Notes: generated from the sequence alone by a model not told the origin. A stretch of 64,000 nt of DNA from Blastocystis sp. Blastoise (GCA_039096225.1 JBBPEB010000021.1:62001-126000); one strand, 5' to 3'; counted from the first letter of the stretch, positions 27,701 through 45,043 are shown. Translations and numbers: made by a program.

Positions 27701-30700
27701 ATGAGCACAAATATTCCTCCTAGTCCTTCATTGGTCTATGGTTTTCTAGAAAACTCAAAACAATCTTATGAATATCATACCTCTATTATAACTAGAATGA
27801 ATGAGTCAAAAGAACATTGGTGGTGTGAGAAATCAGATGAAATGTCAACAGTCTTTCCATTTCTTCTTTACGTATGTTTCTTCTTTTTATGTATACGCAA
27901 GATAAAACAACAAATAATCTTTATTTTTCATATCTTTATAGTCTTTAAATGAAGCAACTGAGGATTTACTTCACATTGCTACTTCTTTTAGTGAAGAAAT
28001 GAACAAACAATTATATTTATGTGAAAAATGTTTACGTCAATATCATAAGTTAATACCTATTATCATTGATAAATTCATGAATGTATGCATATATATATTT
28101 TTTCTGTTTTTAAAAAGTATTATTATTTATATATATATAGACAATAATAAAGTTATATAAAGAGAATAATGACGAAAAACAAACATTAATAGCAACATAT
28201 ACATATTATTTAGAAAAACTAACTATAAATAGAATCACATTTGGATTATATTATAGTAATTATTTAATAATATTATTTTATTATTATTATTATTATGTTT
28301 TATTATTATTATAATTATAATTATTATTATAATAATTATTATTATTTATAGATATAATTGGATCTGATAAATGGAATCTTTCTGTTCTAGATGTACTATT
28401 AACTATTATTATTGTATATATATAATAATAATAATAATAATATTTATTACTTTTACTAATATTATTTTATATGTAATAAATTTAATATAAATAATAATAA
28501 TAATATATATATATATAGCCATTGTCTGTAAATACACAATATTTACCAAAATTCTCATCAGATCAAAATCGATTTAATAATTTTCAAAATATACTTATTA
28601 CTTATTTAAGTACATTTCCCACGGGAATACCTCCAAAAGAATCAATGATTTTCTTATTATCTACACAATCTATTTTGAGGTATATTCTATATAGTTATAA
28701 TAATAATAATAATAATAATAATTATTATTATTATATAGACAATGGGGTGAAGTTGGTTGCCGTTATTATAATGAGGATAAAACTATAACAGAAGAGGAAC
28801 ACAAACAATTTTTCGATTCTCTTCTTCAAACCTATTATTATTTAAGAGGAGAAAAAATATGTATATATATATTTATAATAATAATAATATATATATATAT
28901 ATTAACTAATATATATAGTTCCCGATGGTAATACTCAATATATAGCATTAACTTATGTATCAACATATTTTAATAAAAATCAATTAATTAGTTTATTCTC
29001 TCGAAATATCAATTTTCCAACGTCTGGAACCCAATCATCTCTCTCAGAATTCTTTCAATTACTAGGATGCAAATCAAAATTATTAATGTTATTTAATAAT
29101 AAACAATATAAACTTCCTTTTGATATATGCACTATATTATTAAAAGAAATAAAATCATTTATTCAACAGAGTCAGTCGATTTCAGCCAATCAATCCCTTA
29201 TAAGTTTATTATTTAATTATTTCTTATTATATACAAAATGTATTGATTTTTTAGATATGCAATCAATTCAATTATTAATTACTTATATAAATGAATTAAT
29301 TCAACAATTTCAGTTTAATACTGAATATTCTATTTATATTCCCTATTTATTTAATTATTTATATTCTTTATATACATATATATCTACTATTCCTTTGGAT
29401 ACAATAAATATATTAAATTCTATGAATTATGTATATACAAATGAATTATTTATTGAATATATACTTACATATATCATTCAATATCAATCTAATTCTATTA
29501 CTCTTTCATTTCCTTCTCTATATATTAAACAATATTTATTTGATATATGTATTCAATTATGTATCAATTTTATTGTTCAACCAATCAAAATTGTATATTC
29601 AGTCTTCAAAAATATTAATATATTTATGTATACAAATAATAAAGATAATAATAAAGATATTAATAAAGATAATAATAAAGATAATAATAATAAAAGTATT
29701 TCTCTGATTACTTCACTTCCTATACTTAAACAACCTCCTATATTATTAATTAAATTAGATCCTTCTAAACTATCTCAAATCTTTCCTTCTTCAACATGTA
29801 TAGAATTATTATATAATTTAAGTAAATATTTATTATTTGAGGATCAACTATTTAAACATTCAAAATCATCATTAGTAGAAAATAATAATCAAACTACTAA
29901 GAATTCATTAGATTCTAGTGTTCTATCGAATTCTACTAATGGAACACAATCATTTGTGATACCAGATTCTATTCAATCTCTATATAGTTGTTATTCTTCT
30001 TATTTATATTCATTACATCAAGTATTATTTATTGGTTATATAAGTCATATACAAGGATCTTTTCATATTAATAATGATTTATTAAAATATCTATCTATTT
30101 TATTTATATGTAATAATAATGAATTGTCAATTATATTAAAAGAAGCTATTTTAAGACAAATGTTTTCAGAGAATATTTTATCACAATATGTTACTAGTAA
30201 TGATTCTATATTTGGACGACTTGATTATAATGTATCCAATATTATTGTGCAAGCATTTTTTCATTCAAAAGTATTAACCTATTATATAGATATTATAGAA
30301 AATCAAATATCTTATGTATATAATTGCTTATTAAAATGTAATAATAATAAAGAGAATCAAAAAGATTCGGTATGTTTAAAGAATTCTATTTTACAAATCA
30401 ATAATTCTCCTTCTATTTCTATTCATAAAGATAATTTAATAGATTTAACATGTTCTAAAGAAAATAATAATAATAATTCGTATATAAATTATTTGATTGA
30501 GAATGAATATGTTTATTTATCTTATATATCTATATTTGAAAGTATGAGTAATATTATTACTCTTTCTCAATATATATCTACTGTTCCTGATGATCAAAAT
30601 AAAAAATTAATTGATTTATTACCTAATTATATTAATCAGTTAATCTATTATTGTCAAAAATATGATAATAAAGATGAAAATATTAATATATGTATACATA

Positions 30701-33700
30701 ATAATAAAGATAATAAAGATAATAAAGATAATAATAATAATGCTAAAGCTCATTCTATAAAAGATTCATTATGTATACATGAAAATTTATATATATTAGT
30801 ATGTTCTTATGAAAAATATATATATAACTATTTATATGAATCAATAAAATTATGGTTACCTTATTTAATACAATTATTAAATAAAGAAATAAAATTATAT
30901 ACTTCTTCTCAATCTATATTACAAATGATAACAATATCTATCTTACAACAATTATTAGATAATAAAAATAATCAATATATTTATTTAAATAATGTATTTA
31001 CTATGGTTATTAATAAATGTAAACAAAATGATATTATTCCGAATATTGATGCATTTATTTTATTACCACTAAATTCATCAACGACTGGAACACAAATATC
31101 GTTAAATCCTCTTAATCAAAGTTTATTCTCTATAAATAATAATAAACCTATAGCAACTTCCTTATTTTCTATTCCTTCTTCTTCTTCTTCTACTTCTACA
31201 TTAATGTTGAATAATATACAAACAAATACAAATCCAGTTCTTTCAAGTTCCTCATTATTTTCAACAGTTAAATCTGATAATTCTATTTTATCAAATAAAG
31301 ATTATAATAAAGATAATAATAGTAATTTAGTTAATGATAATAGTAATTTAGTTAATAATAATAGTAATAATTTGGTTAATAATACTACTAATAATAATAG
31401 TGATACAAGTATATTATTTTCTTCTTCTTCTCCTCTTTCTCCTCCTACAGATTTACCTTCTCTTTCTCCTTTTCATAAAAGTATATCTATTTATGATAAT
31501 AATAACAATAAATTAGATATTCAAGATACTCTAAGTAAACAAAATAATGTTATTAATAATCAAAAAGATTCTATTATTGATTCATCTCTGAATAATAATA
31601 ACGGTATATATATATATTAATATTATTATTTTTAATTTTAAATTTATATTAATATATATAGTTTTACCTAAAAAATTTATTATTCCTGATTTAACTAGTA
31701 ATAATAATAATAATAATACTATTATTACTACTACTACTAATAACTCTATGACTACTACTACAAAAGAAGAAACAATAAGTTTACCTCCGTTAGTATTTCC
31801 TAAGCAAACAGAATCAAATGATAATACTATTCTTTTAAATAATTCTTCAAGTAGTGAATTACAATTTTCATTTTCTCAGCCATTATCACAGAATAGTAAT
31901 GATATAATAAATCCATTATTATCTATAGATACACCAATTAAAGGTGAATTAAAACATTCAATTAAAATTAATCCTCAAGATGAAATAGAAGCAAGAAAAT
32001 TAATAAGAATAAATAGTGAAAAAAATAAACAAATAAAACAAAATAAAGATAGTATAAAATCAAATAATAATAATGGAATTATTGATGAATATTTTATTTC
32101 GAGTAAAGATATGTATAAAGAGAAACATAATAATAATTCTAGTGGTGGTAATTCAATTGATAGCGAAAAGAAAGAAAATCTTACAAAGAATAATAATAAT
32201 ACTAATAATAATAGTGATGATAATGATGACGATAATTTGTTTGTGAATAAGAAGAAAGATTCTATTATACAAGCAATGAATAATCAGAAAGAATTTAAAA
32301 GACTTTCAATTAATTCTGATAATAATAAGAATGAAAAGAAAAATATATTAATAAATGATGATAGTACTAATAATAAACGCAATAATAATAATAGTGATGA
32401 CGAGTATTTACCGTTAGAATTACGTAGTACTTCGTCATCTGATGATGATATTATTCTTACTGATAATACTATAAATACAAAGAATATTAAGAATGATATT
32501 AATATAGAGAATTCATCAGTTCATTCTTCTTCAAAAATAACTCCAAAATTTGTTATAACAAAACAAAAACGACAAACTATGGAATTAAATGATTTAAATA
32601 AAAAAGAGAATTCTATAAGAACAAAGAATGAAATCCTAAAAGAAGAGAATAATGAAAATGATGAGAATGATAGTATAATAGCTAGTGATATTATAACCAA
32701 TGAAGATCTATTGGAATTCGATAGTGATGATAGTGACGATAGTAATACTAGTAATAGTAATAATAATAATAATAATATAAATGATGATCATAATGATAAA
32801 CAAAATAAAAATCATGTTTCTATTGGTGATAAAATAAAGATGAAAAATAATGTTAGTAAAAATATAGTAATTAATTCAAATACTAATACTAATAATACTA
32901 ATAATAATACTATATCTAAATTACCTACTTTGGAATTAGCAAAACAGCAAGCAAGAGATAAACAGAAACAACGTATTCAAAATTTAATTAAAAATACTAT
33001 GAAATCAAGTGATATTAAAGGAAATAATGATAAATCTGTAATTTTAAATAAAGAAAAAGAAAATGAAAACAGTGACTCAAATTCAATTCCATCAACACAT
33101 TCAAAGAAATCGAAAAAACGTATATTTTTATTAATATTAGTTTATTTTATTATGATTCATATTTATTTATAGTTTATTTATTATTTATTTAGATATATAT
33201 TAATATTTAAGTATATATTACAATTTATGTATAGGTCTTAATAGTCTAGATAGTTCATCTTCTGAAACAAGGTCCAAAAAGAAACATATTCAAAAAGGTA
33301 TTTTTAGATTATTATTATATTTATATTTATGTTTATTATTATTATTATATTTATTAGTATATAAATAATACTATTATATATATAATATAGAAATATCTTC
33401 TTCTTCTTCTTCTCCTATAAAATCATCTTCTTCTGTTCCTATTCCTTCATCTTCATTACCTTTACTTACATCTACTACTACTACTATTAATAGTAATAAT
33501 AATAAAAATAATATATCTCCTATAAAGAGAAATGGTATTAATAATAATATACCTTCATTAGTAAATATAACAACATTACATAAAGATATAAATAATAATA
33601 AAAAAGAGAAACAACAACAAGAAGAGGATTTAGAAACACAATCAATTCCACTTCCACCATTAAATAGTGTTCCAAGTGTTCCACTTCCACGATTAAAACC

Positions 33701-36700
33701 ACTTTCAGAATTGAATAAGAAACTAGAAACAAATCCTATTCATTTAACTTCTTCTGTTTCTCCTGTAATTACTCCAGTAATTACGCCCATAGGTACACTT
33801 CCTTCAATAAATACAAATAAAAATATGAATTCTATGAATAATATAAATATAAATAATAATATTCCATTATTATCTGTGTCTAAACCTATTAGTATAATGA
33901 CGTCATCTCAAGTTATGATGGATATCGACTCGTCATCGTCAAATAGCGAATCAGAAAGCGAAGATAATAATTCTATTGTATATATATATAGATTTAATTT
34001 TTATCAATTTATATATCTATGTTTTATTATATATGTTTATATATATATATAGATAACACGTAAAGGAGAAGAAACAGTGAAATCGAATGCTTTTCAAGCA
34101 TTTAATAATATGGTTAACATAGGACAAACAGTAGCTAAAACAGTTGAAGAACAAACAAATTCAAATGTATATATAATTATTTTATTATAATTAATATAAT
34201 TAAAATATATATATATATAGCAAGTAAAAACTACTATTCCTGCTGTTTCTGTTCCTTCTGTTAGTAGTACATATAAGTATATATATCAAGAAGATCCTGT
34301 ATTATATTTAACAAATGAAGTTTGTAAATTAAATAAAAAGACAGTTGCATATATACCCAAAACGATGCCTGAGATTCAAGATAATTATGATTGGTATGTA
34401 AATAGAATAATAATAAATAATAATAATAAATATATAATAAAAAATATATAATAATATAAATATATAATAAATATTATAAATATAATAACATATATATATA
34501 TAGTTATGATCGTTATTTAGATGTTATGTGTCGTTATTTATTTGAAGAGTTAAAATCCGATATAGTGACGTCATTACCGACTCCAAATAGTGCAATGTAT
34601 CCCGCGGTTATTACGAATACCGATTACCGTGATAATAGTCAAACTATATTTATAGAAACAAATGTTAATATATATGATAATTGGAAATTGAGTGATTGTA
34701 TATTATATATACAATTAGAAGGTGATGATTATGATACAACATCAAATTATCTTTTTGGTATATCTAATTATAATGGTAATAAAGATTGGTCTATTACTGT
34801 TTCTATGAAGAAATCAAAACAAAAAATATTTTCTGTAAATACTAATATTGAAGTTTGTTATATTTGTGGATTTACTAGCTATAAGAGGTATATATATATA
34901 TATATTATTATTATTATTATTAATGTTATTCTATTTTAAATAACTATAGATATTGATTATTATTTATTAATATAATATAATATAATATATAATCTTTATC
35001 TTTACTTATTTTTAGAGAATATTCTTCTCTTCATTCTTTATCAAAAACACGTTGGTCTAATGCTATTATAGCAAATAAAAGTTTAAAAAGTATTCTTACA
35101 AACGATACAAAACCTATTCATTTTACTGATGTATATATATATATTATGATTAGTATTATTTAATTATATTTTATTCTCATGAAAATAATGATAATAATTA
35201 TTATTATTTTGGTGAGTATTTCATAAACTATTTTATAAATATATAAATATAATCATAATATATATTCATATAATTCTAGGCAATACATGAATCTCTTCGT
35301 TCTTCTTTGAATCCTTCACAATTTGAGGTAGTGTCTACCTTATCAACTCCTTCTCTTTCTGGTATATATTTAGTTCAAGGACCTCCAGGAACAGGTAAAA
35401 CACATACTATCATTGAACTTATTCATACTATTCGAATGATATCACCGGTATGTATATATTATTAATATTATTAATATTATTATTAATATTATTAATATTA
35501 TTATTAATAATATATTTATTATATAATACTATATAATAAATATAAATAATAACTATATATATAGAATCAACGTATAATGTATTGTGCTCCTTCAAATACA
35601 GTAATTGATAATTTTGTATATACCTATCATCAACGATATATTTCCCGCGGGGATTCTTCTTCACCTTCAACAGTCTTAATTCGTATTGGAAGTGCTGAAA
35701 AAACTGGAAAAGGATTTAGTAATAGTGACGCATCACGTACTATTATTGAAAAATATGAATTAGATAAAATAGTAACAAATAAAATGAATATATATAAACG
35801 AGAAAATCCAAATTTATGTAGAAATACTGGAAATCGAAATAATATTATAAATGGTACATTTAGTAACATGGAAAGAAAACAAGGAAATCTATTGGATGAT
35901 TCACAATTACACCGAAAATTTGAATTAACCACTTTAGCCGATAGTCGAATTGTATAGTTTATTTTATTTTATTTTATTTTATTTTATTTTATTTTATTTT
36001 ATTTTATTTTATTTTATTTTATTTTATTTTATTTTATTTTATTTATTTTATTTTATTTTATTTTATTTTATTTTATTTTATTTTATTTTATTTTATTTTA
36101 TTTATTCAATTTAATACAATACTTATTATTATAATAATATAATTAATTATAACAATATATATATATATATATAGATTTGTAGTACTTTAGCTTCTTCCAC
36201 AAATGGTAGTATGACAGCGTATATATCTCAATATCCAAGCAGTATTCCCGTGATTATTATTGATGAAGCTGCTCAATGCACAGAGCCACAAGCACTTATT
36301 CCTCTTACTCTTTCTCCTTCTTTATATATATTAATAGGAGATCCTAAACAATTAGAATCTACTATTCATTCTAATTTATGTAAAGACAATCAATATGGTA
36401 GAAGTTTATTTGAACGTTTTCAAACAATTGGTTATTATAATTTCTTTTTAAATATACAATATCGTATGAGACCTGAAATCTCATTATTTCCCAATACTCA
36501 TTTTTATCAGAACCGACTGAAAGATGCTGAAAGTGTATGTAAAGATGATTATGGAAGTCAATTTGCACATCATGTGTTTTATAAACCTTATATGTTCTTT
36601 GATCTATCACTTGTATGTAATTATATGTATTGTGTTTATTATTTTTATTGTGTTTATTATATTTATGTTTTTTTTATTATTATATTTATTATATTATTAT

Positions 36701-38587
36701 ATTTATTATATTTATTATTATAATATTTACTCTATTTATGTCTTTTAATAGATATTATAGTTCTATACTTATTATAATTATATATTACATATAACATTCT
36801 ATATTATCCTATATATCTATATAGTCAGAGAGTACAAAGTCTGCTACAAGTCATTATAACCAAGGGGAAGCCTCGTTTGCGGCGGAATTGATACATAAAG
36901 TAATAGATGATTTTAGGGATGTTCGAATGTTTATGAGAATTAGTATTATTACACCTTATCAAGCACAAGTATATAGTATTATTATTATTATTATTTATAT
37001 ATTATTATTATTTATATATTATTATTATTTATATATTAATATTTATATATTATTATATTTATTATTATTTATATATTATATTTATTTATTATTATTTATA
37101 TATTATATTTTTTTATTATTATTTATGTATTATATTTATTTGCATGATTATAAATAGGTTCAAGAAATAAGAAATCATTTACATCGAACGATTCCTGATG
37201 AATTTGCTAAAAATATTCGAATTAATACAGTTGATTCATTTCAAGTATATATATATATATATATATATGATTTATAAAGCATTTTCATTATATAATAATG
37301 AATATATATATATATATATATATAGGGTGGGGAATGTGATATAATAATATTATCCTGTGTTCGTAATAATAAAGAAGGCTCGTCATCACTTGGATTTATA
37401 ACAGATATTAAACGTATGAATGTAGCTCTAACACGTGCAAAGCATGCGCTTTGGATTCTAGGAAATGGAGACAGTTTATCGAAAAATCCAGATTGGAAGT
37501 ATATATATATATATATATAGTTATATGAATCATATTATTATATAATAGTATACATATATGTATTTATATATATGTCATATAATTATTTAATATTATATAT
37601 ATATAGATGCTTAATAGATGATGCAAGGGACCGTAACGTTATATTCAGTTATAATTCGTTTCAATTGTATGAAAAAGGAGTATTTAAATCACAATATATA
37701 CCATTAAAATCGGCTACAAAACAGAGTGCGTCATCGATGGAAATAGAAGATTCTAGAACAGTATCAAAAGTGAATGCTAATAATATACAACAAGAAAAAC
37801 AAAAAGATATAGATATTGATATAGATATAGATATAAATAAAAATATGAATACTACAAATAGGTCAAATACTTCAGAAGTAAATATATTATATTATATACT
37901 ATTATATTATATTATATTATATTATATACTATTATATTATATTATATACTATTATATTATATTATATTATATTATATTATATTATATATATAGAGTTCAT
38001 CTAATAACCGTGGGAATCCTATGAAATCTCCTCGCATGAATCCTGTGAATAATAATAAAAATAATAGTATGGATAATAACAGAAATAATAATAGTAATTA
38101 TAATTATTATACTAATAATACCTATAATAATTATAATAATCGTAACAATTCCAATAATGATTATGATTCACGTAATAATATATATGTCCAGCCTCCAAAT
38201 ACAAATCGATTTAATAATAATAATAATAATCCATATAATACCTATAATAATAATAATAATAGATATCCAAATAATAATAATACCTATAATAATAATACTA
38301 CCTATAATAATAATAATACCTATAATAATAATAATACCTATAATAATAAGAATAATTATAAACCGTATAATAAATCAAATGATTACCCTGTTGATAAATA
38401 TATTCACGGGGATGCTTCAAAAGGTATTTTTTCTCAAAGTGAAGGTATTATATTACAATATGGTTATGATAAAAATAAAAAGAGAATGAATTTCAAAGAA
38501 AAAGAAAAAGTTGAATTTTTACCTGATAACATTAATATATACGATAATAACAATAACAATAATAACAATAACAGAAAGAAAAACTAA
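27701..38587 (+). CDS. SEN1: Senataxin/Sen1 SF1 RNA-DNA helicase, about 22 exons
   Basis: Sen1 N-terminal HWWC..CEKCLRQYH. Helicase motifs QGPPGTGKT, CAPSN, IIDEAAQ, GDPKQL, RSLFER, QYRM, ITPYQAQ, TVDSFQG and RMNVALTRAK. All introns are canonical. Confidence 0.92.
35957..36100. repeat. (TTTTA)n intronic microsatellite
   Basis: Long pentanucleotide run in a SEN1 intron. Confidence 0.9.
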
Positions 38588-40086
38588 ATTTTTCTCTTCT
38601 TCTCGTTTCCTTATTTTTTATTTACATTTTAAAATATTTACTTTTTTTTAATATATTTTTTCTAGTGCTTTTTCAATAGTTTTAATCATTTTTTGGCTTG
38701 TTTTCTATTCATACTGTTTTGTTTCTTTTTTTTCTTGTCAATAATCCACTTTAGACACAATATAGATCACATAATATCAATTAGACTCCATAAATTAAGC
38801 ATTATATTCACATATTTAAATATTTTTGTAAACAATTTACATATAATTGTGAAGAAATACACATAATTAATAACCTTATATAAATAGATTTGCCAAAATA
38901 TAAAAGAAGAATACATTAAATGGATAATCTATATGATAAAAAACTAGTAAAACATAGTTTTCTTACCATTTTCTAAACTGACTTTAAAAAACATGGTTTC
39001 TCTTTTTGAACGAGAAGCTACAGCAGGCTACTATTACTGAAATTATAATAAAACTTGTTCTACTAATATTTTCATAATTCAACTAATTGTCAACTTCTTT
39101 CAAATCAATGAAGTCCAATTATAATCATATAAATTTAAAAAGGTATCTTTTGAGTTTATCATAGCAATAAAACTAGTTGAAAAAAGTCATGCCATGACTT
39201 TCAAAAATAGAAAAATCTAATCTCAAAGTACTAAAAACCACAATTAGACACTTTGAGTTTTGAAATAACCTCAAAAAAACTCGGTTTCTATTGGATATTG
39301 GATGTGTTTTAGAGAATATTATTGGTTGACGTGTAATTAAAAGGAAGCTATTGCTTTTCTTTAGAAAACGTCCTTTTTACAAATTTATATTCCCATAATT
39401 ATTTATCATCAAAAAAAATTCTAATGTTTTGAAACTTGTCTCTATTTATTTTATTGTTTTCTTTTGATAATAATGAAATATGAAAAATCAACACTCTTAG
39501 AACCATTTATATTGACCTCATATATGAATATTATATCAAGAGACTAAGACACGATATGGTAATAAGCTAAGAGTATCTATGTGATCTCTCTATGCTAAAA
39601 GAAAACGAATCTTCTACTGACAATATTTTTTTGGTTCTATAAATAATTTATTCCATGATAGACATTCGAGACAAAACAAATAAGATTTCTTATTCATATC
39701 TATGGAATATGATGTTTTTTGTTAATGTAAACGACTTGAGTAAATAGGTTTGACATTTTACATAAAAACTAGAGATAGTCATTATAGATTGTCAATAATG
39801 ATCAATTCCAACCCTTACTAAATATATAAATAATATATTCTATATATTATAATTTACAAAACCTGTAGAGTACAGTTCAAACAGAACATAAAACTTGTAA
39901 AACGGAATGAAAAATAAGAAAAATAAATCTTAAAAATTGTCAAGGTTGTTTCTGGTCATTCGTTTTCTGGATTTAAAAATAGCTATTGTTGTACTCGCCT
40001 TCTTTTCTGTGTGTTAGGTGTGTTTAATAGTTGTTTTTTAATATATAGATAGGAGAAATAGAGTCTTTTGCGGGAAGACAAGAACC

Positions 40087-42902
40087 ATGTCCACTTCACT
40101 TGAATGCTCTGAGAATGGTATGTTTATCATGTATCTACAAAGAATTTTATTCTATATATATAGTTATATATCAATTTGAAGATGGTAAAAGAATAGAAAT
40201 TGAGAAATCCTTTTTAAATTCTTTTCCTGATTGTAAATTGAGATCCTATTATGTTGAATCAGTAGCCGTAGAGAAGATGGATGGAGTTATTATGATTCCT
40301 AGAACATCGAATCAAATAGAACTGATGATACAATTGATTATTAATCCTCAACTAGAGTTATTTGATAAAAGTTCAGATATATTAGTTCAATTATTGAATG
40401 ATCTTTTGTTTTATATTGATAGAAATGGAGATTATTATATACTTCGAGTTTTATCGATTATTAAACAAAATTTAAATAATTATTGTATACAATCAGGAGA
40501 TTCATTTCAAAGAATAAATAAAAATAATATCAAATTATCAATAGATACGTATCCATCTCAATATGATAATATACCTATTGATTTATTACAATTAAATTCA
40601 GAATATACTTATTGTATTCAAGGTAAGAATTTTATTATTTTTTTTTATATTTATTTTTATAATATTTATTTGTTTATTATATAATTATTTTTATTATATT
40701 TATTTGTTTATTATATAGTTATTTTTATTATATAATTATTTTATAATAATTATTTTTATTATATATATGTTTATAGATAAATCTTATTATATATATATAG
40801 GATTATTAGATGATAAAAAGATTCAAGATTTATATAATAATAAACCTTATATGAATTTATTTATTATTGAATACGTTCAAATACAAAGTATATAGATTTC
40901 TATATTTTACATATATATAGATTATTAATATTTTATAATATATATATAGTGACGTATGATGAGTTTAGTTTATTAAATATATCATTATTAACATCAATTC
41001 CAGATATTTTTAAATCATTAAAATCTTTATTTATTATATTTATTGATTTAAGAAATGAAATATTAGAATTAAGTAGTTCAGATTTAGAAGAATCCGAATT
41101 AAAAGAGAATTCACATGCTTATGGTGATGATATTAATAAATATATATTACCTCCTGAACTTGAAGATGATAATGAAGTTATTACTGTAATTACTTCTATT
41201 GAAATGAAATTTAAAAGAAATAATTGTTTTGAAAGTATTCTATTGTTATATATATATTGATTATTATTATTGCCTATTTTTTGTTCTTTATATTAATAAT
41301 ATATATATATATATAGCAGAAAACATTTCATGCTGGGATATTTCAGAAATAATGTATATATTGTTGTTATTATTATTTTTTAATGAATCTATTTATTCTA
41401 TTTTATATATTATATTTATTTTAATTAATTAATTTTATATATTGTCATTATTTTATATATTATATTTCTAATACCTATTATATTTATTATATTTAATATA
41501 AATATTCTATAAATATTCTATATAGATTCGGAAAGAATACAAATATGTTATTAATATCTAAATTATTTACTGAATCGATTGCAAAGACTATTGAATCTCT
41601 TATTTTAAGTATATTCTTATTAAATATACTTTATATAAATATATGAATGTATATAGAAAGTTCAATGAATTTGTACATAGAAGAATATTTTCAGTTTTTA
41701 TTAAATTGTCAATTTCCATGTTTAAAACAAATTAATTTATCTTATCGTAAGCTTAACAAATCATATTCTATATATATATTAATTTTTTTTTTTTAATTTT
41801 TATTTATTCTAATTAATATTTAAAATATAAATATATATTAAATACTTTTATAATTTATTATTTTTTATTTTCTATAGACATATTCACAAAAGAAAATTCG
41901 TTAGCAATATTAAATTATTTTAGTTCTCTATATAATTCATATAATTTATATATAGAAGATAATCTAGAAATTAATAATATAGAGAATAATAAGGATAGTT
42001 CAAATGTCGTTATTAATAATATTGATAATAATATTAGCAGTAATAATGATATTAATAATAATAATAATATTATTAAGAATAATAATTCTTCTTTATTTTC
42101 TATAAATAACGATATTTCATCTCTTTCTTCTAATCCTCATAACAATCCTAAAACTATATATAATGATGATCAAGAAGTCTCATTGAGAAAACGTCGGCAG
42201 AAAGAAGAATATAATCACAAAAATTATACATTCTCTTTTCCTAATGTTAATTGTCTTAATTTATCATGTATTTGTGATTATTTTATTTATTATACTATTT
42301 ATCATAAATATAATATATTATTATGATATATATAATATATATTTATCATATATATAATATATATTTATCATTTATAAATACATTATTATCACTTTTAATA
42401 TATAGATAATGAAATGACAAAAGAAACACTAAAAATATTTCAACAAATAACTCAGTTTATAAATAAATTAATATTCCCGCAATTAATCACCTTAGATTTA
42501 TCAGGATGTATATATATATATATTATTAATAGTATTATTACTATATATATAGGTTTATTTAATGACACAAGTATTGAAGCATTTGTTGTTTCTGGTCATT
42601 TATTATATAATACACTTATTATTAACGGTAATCAACTATTATTCATTATATATATATATTAATCATTATTATCTATAGATATTTCTGATACTACCCTACT
42701 TAAAAGTTTTATTACTACTCTCTTGACAATAAAGCTACCCTACCTTGAAAGACTTTTTATGAATAGTAATTATTTATATATATACTAAAATAGTATTATA
42801 ATTCTATATATAGGTATCTATATATATGTATCAACAATACAATTATACTGTGATTTATTTACGAATATGAATATTTATGGATTAGAATCTTTATATTTAT
42901 AT

Positions 42903-42944
<42 letters not shown>

Positions 42945-44358
42945 GATTAATATATATGTATAGTAAATGGAATGACAAATTCATTATTTGAAACATTAAT
43001 TAATACGTTACAAATACTACAATGGAATCCTATTCAAAAGCTTTCTGTTGGAATCAAGTCACGTGATTTAGATTCTAAAGAAAAGACAACTGTGAAACAT
43101 CAAGAACGAATCGAAACACAATTATTTATAGAATTTTTTAATTTATATATTTTTACTCAATTAAAAGAATTAAATATTTATTGTAAGATATTATTTATAG
43201 TAATTTTTTGAATTATATATTATTTTATTATTTTATTATTATATTTATTATCTTATTATGTTAATTAACTTTATTATCTTTATTGTATATATAGTAAAAA
43301 GATGTTCTAAAGATATTTTAACTGCATTTTTCGGTTCTTCAGCATTTTTGCATGCGTCATCTGTTCAGTTATTTTTACCGTAAATATATATATGTATTAT
43401 TATTATGATTAACACATTATCAATTGCAATTCTTATGTTTGTTATTCATAATATTATTTATATATATAATATATATTCATATTATTATTATTATTATTAT
43501 ATATATAGAACATTATCGGAATTTCATTGGTCGAAAGGATTTCAGAAAATGGAAACAGGAGATTCAAATGCTATATATTCATTAGATTTATCAGGTATGT
43601 ATATAAATATATATATCATTATTTTATGTAAATACCTAAATTTGTTATTTATATTATATATATATTATAAATAATAATATAATAAATATATAGGAAATAA
43701 TCTTGGGAATAATGGAATAAGTTCTCTTTGTGTATCTATTCAACAAAGAATATTTACAAATATACATATATTAAATATTTCAAGTATATATATATATATA
43801 TGATACTAGATAATAATATGTATATAATAGATACTAATATATATATATATGATACTATATAATAATATATGTATATAATAGATACTAATATGGGTGATTC
43901 AGGTTTAATGGCTCTGTTTATCGCGGGAAATAATCATTTATTTTCATTTTTAGAAATATTATCTATTACAGGTATATATATATATAATTATTAATGATTC
44001 TATAATAATAATAATAATAAAATATATATAGATAATTCTATAACTGACAATGGATATATACAATGCTTTTCATTATTGACAGCATTAGCATTTCCCGCGT
44101 TAAAATCCCTCCAAATTCGTGATGACGAATGGAGGGATCCATATCTTACGAAATCATATACTACTATATATAAAGAACCAATAGTATCTGAAATAGAGAA
44201 TAATAAAATGAATAAAAATGATAAAAAGAATCAAATAGATGATTTAGATAATAATATTAATAATAAATATATAAAAAATAATAAAGATGATGATAATGAT
44301 AATGATAATGATAATGATAATGATAATGATAATGATAATGATGATGATAATAATAATG

Positions 44359-44393
<35 letters not shown>

Positions 44394-44940
44394 GATAATG
44401 ATAATGATAATGATAATGATAATGATAATGATAATGATAATGATAATGATAATGATAATGATAATGATAATGATGATGATAATGATATTGATAATAGTAC
44501 AGAAACACTTAAAACAGCAAATTCATCAGATTCCTTAAAATCACTTGAATTTCCTGAAATTTTTGATTCTTTACAAACTTTAGATACGATTGAAATATCG
44601 AAAATAAAAGAATTAGAGAAATATACAGAGATTTCTAATATAGATAGAAAAGATAATCAGTTGCAATCAGTTGATTATGTATCTATAGCTATTGTTGATG
44701 CTTTAGAAAGGAAAGCATTCCCGCGGTTATTATCTATTCATCTTAGTGGTATACATTTATTTGTTATTATAATCATATTTATAATTATTATTATTTAATT
44801 ATATATATATAGAATTAGGAATAACAGAAGATGGTTTTCTTCATTTCTGTAAAGGAATTGAAAATGAAAACTTTAAAAATATACAACAACTTGATTGTCG
44901 ATGTATATTGTTTTATTTATTTATATTATTTTATTTTATT

Positions 44941-44987
<47 letters not shown>

Positions 44988-45002
44988 TTATTTATTTATT
45001 TA

Positions 45003-45043
<41 letters not shown>

